Shown here piece by piece: positions 54,006 to 62,984 of a DNA stretch of 64,000 nucleotides. The stretch covers positions 817 to 64,816 of the forward strand of contig LNFC01000011.1 of the NCBI GenBank assembly GCA_001464545.1. Reading direction: 5' to 3'. Every line of letters begins with the position of its first letter. Position 1 is the stretch's first letter. Source of the DNA: Acidobacteria bacterium Ga0077551 (lineage in GTDB: Bacteria > Pseudomonadota > Alphaproteobacteria > Caulobacterales > Hyphomonadaceae). A model generated the notes under the pieces. That model worked only from the letters and a program-made list of their open reading frames with translations, ran no database searches and was not told where the DNA came from. Both the position numbers and the translations under genes were made by a program.

Positions 54006-55181
54006 TCAGTCGTGTGGTGGACGGTGCGGCACTGAAAAGGTCACGACGAGACGGCCGTTTTCGATCACGCGGTCCATCGTTCCGCCTGCGGACAAGACGA
54101 GCCGGCGCATGACGTGCAGGCCGGTATGCGTCGATGACGCCTGCTCGGTGTCATCAAGGTCGACACGGTCCACGCCTTCGGTCCAGACGAGCCTAAGCCA
54201 GCTGTCCTTGAGTTCGCCCTCGCAGTGGACCGCGTCGCCGGCGCGCAAGGCGCCGTACTTGAGCGAATTCGTGGTCAGCTCTCCAATCACGACAGCGATG
54301 ATCCGCATGCCGGATTCATCGATGCGGCAATCCGGAAGGAGAGAAACATCGAAGGTCTCGGCACTGACGCCTGCTGCGCTGACGAGATCAGAGATGAGTT
54401 CGCGCAATGGAAAATCCTGCGCAACGTCGACCAGCTTTGCCTGGGCAACGGCGAGAGACGAAAAGCGATTGACGAGCGCCTCGGCAAAAGACTGGTGCTC
54501 GGGCGCCGTGCGCGCACTTATCTTGGTGATCGCACTGGAGATGGCGAACGCATTCTTGAGGCGGTGACGCATTTCAAGGGCGATCGTTTCATACATCTTC
54601 CGGTTGGTGACGGTTTCGGTGACGTCCTTCGACACGACAAGGAGACGGATGACGTGCCCGGAAGCGTCGGTCACCGGCGAGATGCGTACATCCCACCATT
54701 TGGGCGTGCCCTGAGCGGTCGGGCAAAATCCGCGGAAGTCCCAGAGCTTGCCCGCGGCGGCGCTGGTGTTCGCTTCACGGACGGCAGCTTCGGCCTCTGC
54801 GGGCCAGATGTCCCACCAATAGCGCCCCAAGACATCTTCAGCGCCGGCCATCTGCCGCACCAGCAGGCCTGCGCGGTTGATGTAAAGCACGCGCCCTTCG
54901 GGATCGAGCAGCTTTATGCAATCGCGGCTGTTGTCGAGCATCGCGGTCAGCACGGCGTCCATGACGTCGGGGCCGGATGGAAGCATGCCTTGGAATTCCG
55001 AGGACCGGAACATCTGTACATACCTTTCACTACCAGGATCGCCGGTCAGGGCGTGTCCCGGGACCTCCATAGAACTACCAGAGTGTGACGCCAGGGCCAA
55101 TGCCCGGTATGCGAGTGGTACCCCACCGGGCCGCAGATGCCGCTTTTTAGGCCTGACGGGCGGCACCTTCCCTTGCGCCAT
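54006..55181 (-). CDS. PAS domain-containing HWE-family sensor histidine kinase (cytoplasmic)
   Basis: H-box EMRHRLKNAFAISSAITKI with an upstream PAS region (DCIKLLDPEGRVLYINRAG). The start is uncertain: ATG 55181 (GAAGGA RBS), 55070 or 55013, and the ORF is open to 55208. Confidence 0.75.
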   Translation of the reverse strand: MAQGKVPPVRPKKRHLRPGGVPLAYRALALASHSGSSMEVPGHALTGDPGSERYVQMFRSSEFQGMLPSGPDVMDAVLTAMLDNSRDCIKLLDPEGRVLYINRAGLLVRQMAGAEDVLGRYWWDIWPAEAEAAVREANTSAAAGKLWDFRGFCPTAQGTPKWWDVRISPVTDASGHVIRLLVVSKDVTETVTNRKMYETIALEMRHRLKNAFAISSAITKISARTAPEHQSFAEALVNRFSSLAVAQAKLVDVAQDFPLRELISDLVSAAGVSAETFDVSLLPDCRIDESGMRIIAVVIGELTTNSLKYGALRAGDAVHCEGELKDSWLRLVWTEGVDRVDLDDTEQASSTHTGLHVMRRLVLSAGGTMDRVIENGRLVVTFSVPHRPPHD

Positions 55182-55242
55182 TGTTCCTTCGGTTTGTGTT
55201 GTGTGCAAGATCGGTCAAAACACAAACTTGCCGGGGAGAGAC

Positions 55243-56940
55243 ATGCACTACGAGGAACTTCAGAAGGCGCGCCAGGAACTGACCGGGCCGGGCGGTGCGT
55301 TCGAAATCGTGGAGGCCGACGTGCTCGGCAACCGGCTTCGTGTCTTCAAGAATGCCCCGGGAAGCATCCGGGATGTCTGGATGGCGACAGCGGTGTTCGC
55401 GGACCGCCCCTATCTGATCTACGAGAACGAGCGCCTCTCCTATGGCGACTCCCATGCGCAGGTGAACGCCATCGCGGCCTGGTTGTTTGCGCAGGGCGTG
55501 AAGCCGGGTGACCGGGTTGCGGTTGCGATGCGCAACTACCCGGAATGGATGCTGATCTATTGGGCGTGTGTCTCCATTGGCGTCGCCGTCGTCGGCATGA
55601 ACGCCTGGTGGACGGCCGAGGAAATGGCGTACGGCCTTGAGGATTCGGCACCCAAAGTGCTGTTCCTGGATGCCGAGCGGCTTGAGCGCCTGCGCGAGCG
55701 TCCGGAACTGGCGGCGCGGCAGAAACTGGTGGGTGTGCGGATGCCGTCCACCGTGCCGGGTGTCACGCCGTGGTCTGACGTCATCGCGCACGGCGGCGCG
55801 ATGCCGGACGTGGCCGTCGATCCGGATTCCGATGCCTGTATCTTCTACACCTCCGGCACGACCGGCTTTCCCAAGGGGGCCCAGCTGACGCACCGCGGCT
55901 GCGTCGCGAACCTGATGAACATGATGTATGCGGGCGCCTCTTCCGCGCTGGCGATGCAACGCGCGACGGGCCTTGAGCCACCGGCGACGCCTCCGGTGCC
56001 GGTGACGCTGATCACGACGCCGCTGTTCCATGTCACGGCCAATAACTGCGGCGCCTATGCTGCGACGGCAGCCGGCGGGGCGCTTGTTTTGATGTACCGC
56101 TGGGACGCCGGCGAAGCGCTGCGTCTGATTGCGCGCGAGCGCGTCAGCGGCATGAGCGGCGTGCCGGTGATGGCCCGTGAGCTGATCAACCATCAGGACT
56201 TTGCGACCACCGACACCTCAAGCCTGCTCGCCCTGGCGGGCGGCGGCGCGCAGGTACCGCCGGACCTTGTGCACAAGATCGAAGCCAAGGTGGCGACCGC
56301 GCGGCCGGGCACCGGCTATGGCATGACGGAGACGTGCGGGATCATCACGTCGATCTCCGGAGACTTCTTCGTCGACAGGCCCGACAGCGCGGGCCCGGCG
56401 ATGCCGAACTTCGAAGTCAAATGTGTGGACGACGAGGGCAAGACGGTCCCGGCGGGCCAGGTCGGCGAGCTGTGGGTGAAGGGGTCGTCGGTGATCAAGG
56501 GCTATATCAACCGCCCGGATGCCACCGCTTCTTCGATCACGGATGGATGGCTGCATACGGGCGACATCGCGCGCCTCGACGAGCATGGCTTCATCTACAT
56601 CGTGGACCGCAAGAAGGACATGGTGCTGCGCGGCGGCGAGAACGTCTACTGCGCCGAAGTCGAGGCGGTCATCTACCGCCACAGCGCGATTGCCGAATGC
56701 TGCGTGTTCGGCGTTCCGGATGAGCGGCTCGGCGAGGAAGTGGGCGTGGCGATCGTGCTGAAGGCGGGCGAGAGCCTGACGGACGCCGCGCTGCGCGAGC
56801 ATTGCGCGGCGATCATGGCGAAGCACAAGATCCCGCGTTACATCTGGTTCCAGGAAGAAGCCCTGCCGCGCAATGCGAGCGGCAAGTTCCTCAAACGTGA
56901 ACTCCGCGAGCGCCTCAGCACGGACCTTCCGTCCGCCTGA
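55243..56940 (+). CDS. Acyl-CoA synthetase / AMP-dependent ligase
   Basis: YTSGTTGFPKGAQLTHRG, TGD motif and C-terminal SGKFLKRELR. GGGGAGAG RBS before ATG 55243. Confidence 0.85.
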   Translation: MHYEELQKARQELTGPGGAFEIVEADVLGNRLRVFKNAPGSIRDVWMATAVFADRPYLIYENERLSYGDSHAQVNAIAAWLFAQGVKPGDRVAVAMRNYPEWMLIYWACVSIGVAVVGMNAWWTAEEMAYGLEDSAPKVLFLDAERLERLRERPELAARQKLVGVRMPSTVPGVTPWSDVIAHGGAMPDVAVDPDSDACIFYTSGTTGFPKGAQLTHRGCVANLMNMMYAGASSALAMQRATGLEPPATPPVPVTLITTPLFHVTANNCGAYAATAAGGALVLMYRWDAGEALRLIARERVSGMSGVPVMARELINHQDFATTDTSSLLALAGGGAQVPPDLVHKIEAKVATARPGTGYGMTETCGIITSISGDFFVDRPDSAGPAMPNFEVKCVDDEGKTVPAGQVGELWVKGSSVIKGYINRPDATASSITDGWLHTGDIARLDEHGFIYIVDRKKDMVLRGGENVYCAEVEAVIYRHSAIAECCVFGVPDERLGEEVGVAIVLKAGESLTDAALREHCAAIMAKHKIPRYIWFQEEALPRNASGKFLKRELRERLSTDLPSA

Positions 56941-56949
56941 GGACTCCGG

Positions 56950-58209
56950 TCACTTCTTTTTGCGGCCGCTCGTGGGAATGTCCTTGAACGGAACATCCTT
57001 GTCGACGCGGATGTCGCCGGGCAGGCCCAGCACGCGCTCGCCGATGATGTTGCGCAGGATCTCGTCCGAGCCGCCTTCGATGCGGGTGGCGGGCGAGCGC
57101 ATCAGCATGGCCTGAAAGCGGCCCTGCTGCGGGCTGTCTTCGTCCCAGACGACACCGGCCTCGCCCTGAAGGTCGAGCGCGAACATGGAGAGATCCTGCA
57201 TGGTCGCGCCGGCCACCAGCTTGCCGATGGAGTTTTCCGGGCCCGGGATTTCGCCTTTCGACAGGGCCGAGATGGCGCGCATGCCGGTATATTTCAGGCC
57301 GCTCTGCTTGACCGCAATCTGCGCGAGCCGTGAGCGGACCGCTGAATCCTCGACCGCCGGACGCCCGTCGATTTCGGCTTCCATGCAGAAGCGGAACAGT
57401 TCGGGAAAGCCGGTCGACATGCCGGAGCCGATGGACAGGCGCTCGTTCATCAGCGTGGTGAGCGAGACTTCCCAGCCCTGCCCCACGTCGCCGAGGCGCT
57501 GGTTGTCCGGAATGCGGACATCGGTGAAATAGACCTCGTTGAAGCTGGACTGGCCATTCGCCTGTTTGATCGGGCGCACTTCGACGCCGGGGCTCTTCAT
57601 GTCGAGGAAGAACATCGTCAAGCCCTTGTGCTTGGGCACATCGGGATTGGTGCGGGTGATCAGAAGACCCCAGTCGGAATATTGCGCGCCGCTCGTCCAG
57701 ATCTTCTGGCCATTGATGATCCAGTCGCCCGAACCGTCGTCGGCCTTCGCGGCGCGCGTGCGCAGGCCGGCGAGGTCAGACCCGCTCGCCGGCTCGGAGA
57801 AGAGCTGGCACCACACGTGCTCGCCGCTCGCGAGCGGGGGCAGCAGTTTGCGTTTATGCTCTTCGCTGGCCCAGCTCATGACGGTGGGGCCGCACATGCC
57901 GTGGCCGATGGTGAACACGCCGGTCAGTGCGGCGTAAGGGCCTTCTTCCTGACCCCAGATGACGCGCTCGATCGGCGTGCGGGCGGCGCCGCCGTATTCC
58001 TTCGGCCAGTGCAGACACGCCCAGCCGGCTTCCGCCTTCTTCTTCTGCCAGGCCTTACCGGCCGCGATGGGGTCTTCACTGACCACGCCGTTCGAGCCGA
58101 AGCTGGCGCGCTTCAGTTCTTCTTCCAGGTGCCTCGGCGCATTGGCATCGATCCAGGCACGCACCTGGGTGCGGAAGGCGGCTTCTTCGACGGTATCTTC
58201 GAAATCCAT
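56950..58209 (-). CDS. Acyl-CoA dehydrogenase (catalytic Glu-containing subunit)
   Basis: 419 aa with the ACAD fold. C-terminal RIEGGSDEILRNIIGER aligns with the canonical YEGTSEIQ motif and retains the Glu. Confidence 0.8.
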   Translation of the reverse strand: MDFEDTVEEAAFRTQVRAWIDANAPRHLEEELKRASFGSNGVVSEDPIAAGKAWQKKKAEAGWACLHWPKEYGGAARTPIERVIWGQEEGPYAALTGVFTIGHGMCGPTVMSWASEEHKRKLLPPLASGEHVWCQLFSEPASGSDLAGLRTRAAKADDGSGDWIINGQKIWTSGAQYSDWGLLITRTNPDVPKHKGLTMFFLDMKSPGVEVRPIKQANGQSSFNEVYFTDVRIPDNQRLGDVGQGWEVSLTTLMNERLSIGSGMSTGFPELFRFCMEAEIDGRPAVEDSAVRSRLAQIAVKQSGLKYTGMRAISALSKGEIPGPENSIGKLVAGATMQDLSMFALDLQGEAGVVWDEDSPQQGRFQAMLMRSPATRIEGGSDEILRNIIGERVLGLPGDIRVDKDVPFKDIPTSGRKKK

Positions 58210-58225
58210 GTCTCTTCTCCTACGC

Positions 58226-59350
58226 TCAGGCCGCTGTCTCGGCGTTGCCTGCGCTCATGCGTTCAATCAGCAGCGTTTCCCAGGTCGATTGCGATCCCAG
58301 CGCCAGCGCCAGGGCATTGGACCGGCGGTAGAACAGGTGGCAATCGAAAGCCCAGGTGAAGCCCATGCCGCCATGCACCTGGATGTTGTTCTTGGCGCAG
58401 TGCTGGAAGGCGGTGGTCGCGGACACGCGGGCAGTCGCAGCGGCGACCGGCAGCTCTGCTGCGCCGGAGACCAGCGCCCAGGCGCCGTAGTAGCAGTTCG
58501 AGCGGGCCAGGGTGGCGGACACGTACATGTCGGCGAGGATGTGCTTGATGCCCTGAAACGAGCCGATCGGGCGGCCGAACGCCATCCGCTCGAGCGCATA
58601 GTCCCGGGCCATTTCAAGCGCCCGGTCAGCGCCGCCAAGTTGTTCGAAGGCCATCAGCACGGCGGCGCGGTCCAGGACCTGCGAGGCGATGTGCCAGCCG
58701 TCGCCCTTTGCGCCGAGGAGTTCGGCAGGGGCGCGGTCGAACACGAGGCGGGCCTGGCCGCGGGTCGGGTCAATCGACTCAAGCGTCTCCCGGCGCACAC
58801 CGGCCGCTGCAAGCTCCACAAGGTAGAGCGAGACCTTGCCCTTCTCATCGCGCGCCGCAACGACGGCAAAATCGGCCACGTCACCATCCGCCACCGGAAA
58901 CTTGACGCCGGTCAGCTTGCCGCCTTCAACCTTGGCCGAAATCCGCGCCGGTGTCGTCCGGCCCTGGCCTTCGCTCAGGGCGAACGTGCCGATGGCTTCG
59001 CCGGCCGCGAGCTTGGGGAGCCAGAGTTCCTTCTGCTTGGAAGTGCCGGCCTGGATCAGGAATTCGGCGGCGAGATAGATAGAGGAGGATACGGGGACCG
59101 GCGCGAGCGCACGGCCGAGTTCTTCCGCCACCACGCAAAGTTCGAGGTGGGTCAGGCCTGACCCGCCGTATTCCTCCGGGATGGCCGCGCCCAGGACACC
59201 CATTTCCGCCAGACCGCGATACAGCGCCTTGTCGTAGCTTTCCGGCCCTTCGAGGATGGCGCGGACAGCGGAAGATGGGCACTTTTCGTTCAGAAACCGG
59301 CGTATCTGGTCACGCAGCTGTTTCTGCTCGTCCGAGAAATCAAGGTTCAT
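58226..59350 (-). CDS. Acyl-CoA dehydrogenase family protein (canonical catalytic Glu position substituted)
   Basis: 374 aa from ATG 59350 (GGGAGG RBS). QVHGGMGFTW...ALALGSQSTWETLLIER aligns to IYEGTSEIQ with Leu in place of Glu. Confidence 0.75.
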   Translation of the reverse strand: MNLDFSDEQKQLRDQIRRFLNEKCPSSAVRAILEGPESYDKALYRGLAEMGVLGAAIPEEYGGSGLTHLELCVVAEELGRALAPVPVSSSIYLAAEFLIQAGTSKQKELWLPKLAAGEAIGTFALSEGQGRTTPARISAKVEGGKLTGVKFPVADGDVADFAVVAARDEKGKVSLYLVELAAAGVRRETLESIDPTRGQARLVFDRAPAELLGAKGDGWHIASQVLDRAAVLMAFEQLGGADRALEMARDYALERMAFGRPIGSFQGIKHILADMYVSATLARSNCYYGAWALVSGAAELPVAAATARVSATTAFQHCAKNNIQVHGGMGFTWAFDCHLFYRRSNALALALGSQSTWETLLIERMSAGNAETAA

Positions 59351-59552
59351 GTCGGGCCTCCCTGTTCGATCTGGCCGCGCGGGGCGCTGCCAATCCGTCT
59401 GTTTGATTGCCGCCAACTTTGAGGTGCTGGAAGGCGAGGTCAATCCATTCCGCGAAGTCACCCCGCCGCCGGTCGACGCACCGCGCCTCGACTTGCCCGG
59501 CATCGCCGCATAGGCTGAATTCAAAGCATTGTGGGAGGTTGGCGGGCGCAAC

Positions 59553-62480
59553 ATGGCGGACGAAGCGAGGACTTACCGCGCCTTCATCAGCTATTCCCAG
59601 CAAGACAAGCTGTGGGGCAAACGCCTGCATGGCTGGCTTGAGAGCTATCGTCTGCCGGCCGGCACCACGGCCCGCGTGCCCGCCGGCGAGCGGCTCGGCC
59701 GCTTTTTCCGCGATGATGAGGAGATGGCGGCAGCCTCCAACATCGCCAGCATCGTCGAGAAATCCATCGACGAATCGGAAAGCATGATCGTCATCTGCTC
59801 GCCGCGCTCCGCCAAATCCCAATGGGTCGCCTCAGAAATCGAACGGTTCCGGCGCCGGGGCCGGGACGGCAAGGTTTTCGCGTTCATCATCGACGGCGTT
59901 CCAAACTCGGGGGACCCCGAAACCGAGTGCTTCCCCCCTGCCCTTCGCCGCAGTGCCAATCCGGACAATCCGAACGATCTGCCGATCGAGCCTCTGGGGC
60001 TGGATATCCGCAAGGATGGCCGGGACCGCGCCGTGGCGCGTCTGGCAGCGGGACTGCTGGATGCCGACTTCGACGATCTCTGGCAGCGGGACCGGCGGCG
60101 CGATGAATCGCGACTGCGCCAATTGATCCTTGGGCTGACGGTGCTGAGCTCCGTGTTTGCCTTGCTGGCGGCGACAGCAGTCTTCATGGGCCTTCAGGCC
60201 CGGCAGAACGAGCGGATCGCACACGACAATCTCGCGGCATTCTTTGCCGAGCGGGCCTGGCAGAACCTGGACCGCGAAAACCCGCTGGCGGCCGCGCGGT
60301 ACGCCCTAGCGGGGCGGCAACTGTCGGAAACGAACGCGCGAAGCTACCATGCCGTTCTGGGCGCCGTCATGTTTGATGCCGGCGAGACATTGCCGCCCCT
60401 GTTACACGACGGGGCCATCCTGAGCGGCGTCTACGCCCCGGACGGCCGGACCGTCGTCACAACCAGCCAGGACACGGCCGCAAAAATCTGGGCTGCAGAC
60501 ACCGGCACACTGATTTCTACACTGACCGGCCATACAGACCGTGTCGGCGCTGCCGCCTTCTCACCAAATGGCGCGCGGCTCGCCACAGCCAGCAATGACG
60601 GCAGCGCCATCGTCTGGGATATCAAAAATATCAGCGTCGTGGCCCGCCTTACGGGGCACGAACAGGCTCTTCAGACGATAGAGTTTTCGCCAGATGGCCT
60701 CACCGTGCTCACGGCCAGCCGGGATGGAACTGCGCGCATCTGGAATGCCGCAACCGGCGCCGTGGTTCACCAACTCGGCACACCGGGTGACGCCGTCTGG
60801 ACGGCTAGGTATTCAGGTGACGGTCAACGGATCGTGACGTCGCATGAAGATGGCAAGGCGCGGATCTGGAGCGTGGCGGATGGTCGTTTGATCAGGACAC
60901 TGACGGGGCATACTGGCGCGATTTATGGCGCATCGTTTTCACCGGACGCGTCCCGGATCGTCACGGCCAGCTTCGACCAGACCGCCCGTATCTGGAACGC
61001 GGCGAACGGCAGAACATTGGCCACGCTTGAGGGGCATACGGACAGCGTGCTGACCGGCGTTTTCTCGCCTGATGGGAAGACAGTCGCCACAGCCAGCGGC
61101 GACTCCACCGCGCGCCTCTGGGATGCTCGGACCGGCCGTCTGAAATCCATACTGACCGGGCATAAGGGAACCGTCCGCACCGCGACATTCTCAGCGGATG
61201 GCGAATGGCTTCTGACCATCAGCAACGATGCCACTTCCAAACTCTGGAGCGCCGCTACGGGAGAGCTGTCGAGAACCTTGCTGGGCCATGCTGAACGCAT
61301 CCGGATGGGCGTGTTCTCGCCCAACGGCCAGCAGATCCTGACCGCGAGCGACGACGGCACAGCGAAGATCTGGCGGGCCCGGGGGCGGCTGCTCTCGAGC
61401 TTTGCCGTCGGTGAAGACGCTGTGGCCTTCGCGGAGCTTTCGCGCGACGGCGCCTACCTGGTCACGGCGGGTCAGGACGACACGGTGCAGGTCTGGGACG
61501 CGGAGACGGCCAAGCGCCTTGCGATTCTGACGGAGCACACGGGCGATGTTTACGGCGTCGCCTTTTCGCCCGATGCATCGCATGTCGTCACCGCCAGCCA
61601 AGATGGTACCAGCAAGATCTGGGACTGGAAAACCGGAAAGGTTACCGCGACGCTGGTTGGACATCAGGGACCTGTCACCAGCGCATCCTATTCGCGGCAA
61701 GGCGACCGGATTGTTACCGCCAGTGAAGACACCACCGCCAGGGTATGGGACGCAGCGACCGGGAAGATCCTGTTCACATTGGCCGCGGAAGGCGACACCG
61801 TGCGAGGCGCGGAATTCTCACCCGATGGCACGCTGATCGTGACCGCCGGTCGCGACCGGATCGCGCGCATCTGGAGCGCCGTGGACGGATCAATGCTGGG
61901 CATGCTCGAAGGCCATACCGGCAGCATCGGGTCGGCGGCGTTTTCGCCGGATGGCAAACGCATCGTGACCGGCAGCGCGGATGGAACAGCCCGGGTCTGG
62001 GACACAACGGATCGCCGCGTGGTGGCAACCCTGACCGCCCTCAAGGGCATTGTCTCGACTGTCCAGTTCTCCCCTGACGGCGAGCGCATCGCGACGGCAA
62101 ACCTCGATCAGACGGCCAACATCTGGGACGCTGAAGATGGCCGCCTGCTGACGACCTTGCCCGGGTTTGGAAGCGAGGTGCGCAGTGCGACATTCTCCGC
62201 CGACGGATCGCGGATCGTTGCGGCCAGTAGCGACGGGACGATCCGCATCTGGGATGTTTCCCGCCTGACGCAGGACTGGGACACCCTTGCGGCAGGCGCC
62301 TGCACCTACCTGCTCAGTGCCGCCAGCCGCGAGTTTTCCCGGCTGGAGATAGAAACGGACCAGCTTCTCGGCTCCGAGTGGCCGGATGCGTCGCGAGATG
62401 TGTGTTCGGGCGCACAGCGCACGCCAACCATTTCGGAGCTTTACGCAGCCGCAGGCATCGAACGGCATGCCCGCGACTGA
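59553..62480 (+). CDS. TIR domain - single TM helix - 15x WD40-repeat protein
   Basis: N-terminal TIR pattern YRAFISYSQQD...MIVICSPRSAKSQWVASEIERF...FAFIIDG. TM helix LILGLTVLSSVFALLAATAVFMGL (60123..60194). Fifteen 42-aa blades of pattern GHxxxVxxAxFSPDGxxIVTASxDxTARIWDxxxGxxLxTL. Confidence 0.85.
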   Translation: MADEARTYRAFISYSQQDKLWGKRLHGWLESYRLPAGTTARVPAGERLGRFFRDDEEMAAASNIASIVEKSIDESESMIVICSPRSAKSQWVASEIERFRRRGRDGKVFAFIIDGVPNSGDPETECFPPALRRSANPDNPNDLPIEPLGLDIRKDGRDRAVARLAAGLLDADFDDLWQRDRRRDESRLRQLILGLTVLSSVFALLAATAVFMGLQARQNERIAHDNLAAFFAERAWQNLDRENPLAAARYALAGRQLSETNARSYHAVLGAVMFDAGETLPPLLHDGAILSGVYAPDGRTVVTTSQDTAAKIWAADTGTLISTLTGHTDRVGAAAFSPNGARLATASNDGSAIVWDIKNISVVARLTGHEQALQTIEFSPDGLTVLTASRDGTARIWNAATGAVVHQLGTPGDAVWTARYSGDGQRIVTSHEDGKARIWSVADGRLIRTLTGHTGAIYGASFSPDASRIVTASFDQTARIWNAANGRTLATLEGHTDSVLTGVFSPDGKTVATASGDSTARLWDARTGRLKSILTGHKGTVRTATFSADGEWLLTISNDATSKLWSAATGELSRTLLGHAERIRMGVFSPNGQQILTASDDGTAKIWRARGRLLSSFAVGEDAVAFAELSRDGAYLVTAGQDDTVQVWDAETAKRLAILTEHTGDVYGVAFSPDASHVVTASQDGTSKIWDWKTGKVTATLVGHQGPVTSASYSRQGDRIVTASEDTTARVWDAATGKILFTLAAEGDTVRGAEFSPDGTLIVTAGRDRIARIWSAVDGSMLGMLEGHTGSIGSAAFSPDGKRIVTGSADGTARVWDTTDRRVVATLTALKGIVSTVQFSPDGERIATANLDQTANIWDAEDGRLLTTLPGFGSEVRSATFSADGSRIVAASSDGTIRIWDVSRLTQDWDTLAAGACTYLLSAASREFSRLEIETDQLLGSEWPDASRDVCSGAQRTPTISELYAAAGIERHARD
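60400..62267 (+). repeat. Tandem 126-nt coding repeats (15 WD40 blades)
   Basis: Periodic FSPDG / TAS.DGTARIW units counted by eye in the translation. Confidence 0.8.
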
Positions 62481-62503
62481 CGTGGTGCATTAATTCAGGA
62501 CTG

Positions 62504-62528
62504 AAAAAAACGCCTAGTCGTCAGGCGT
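62504..62528 (-). terminator. Rho-independent terminator of the acidic-protein gene (overlaps its stop codon)
   Basis: The + strand reads AAAAAAA-ACGCCT-agtcgtc-AGGCGT, which on the minus strand is the hairpin followed by a U-run. Confidence 0.65.
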
Positions 62529-62876
62529 GGTACCCGGCCTGGTCGAGCCGCCGGGATCGCTCTCAGCCGTGGAGCCCGGGGCGGCGAGAACCGCGCCATC
62601 GGCTGGGGCCGCGTCGGCCACCGGTGCGGGCAGCGGAGCAGCTTCCGGTTCGGCAGCTTCGGTCACGGCTTCAACCGGCGCTTCAGATTCCTGCAGCATT
62701 TCTGCTGGTTCTTCTGCTTCAACGTCTTCCTCGACCCACTCTTCCTCCGGCTCAACGATTTCCGCCTCTACAACATCCTCGCCTTGAGCGAGCGCAATTG
62801 CGGATACGGACGAGACGAGAGACGCGGCCACAAAGGCCGTTGCCGTGAGAAGTGTTCTGCCAACCTGTCGCATCAT
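62514..62876 (-). CDS. Secreted acidic low-complexity protein
   Basis: Signal peptide MMRQVGRTLLTATAFVAASLVSSVSAIALA, then a Glu/Ala/Pro/Val-rich tract. AAGGGG RBS before ATG 62876. Confidence 0.6.
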   Translation of the reverse strand: MMRQVGRTLLTATAFVAASLVSSVSAIALAQGEDVVEAEIVEPEEEWVEEDVEAEEPAEMLQESEAPVEAVTEAAEPEAAPLPAPVADAAPADGAVLAAPGSTAESDPGGSTRPGTTPDD

Positions 62877-62984
62877 AGTCCCCTTTGTGAAGCTACTCTG
62901 GGTCCAAGGTACACCCAATTCGAAGAGGCGAACATGGGCAAAATTCAGTGCGTCTGCAGCGCAGGGCCGCGCCGGCTTCACGGT

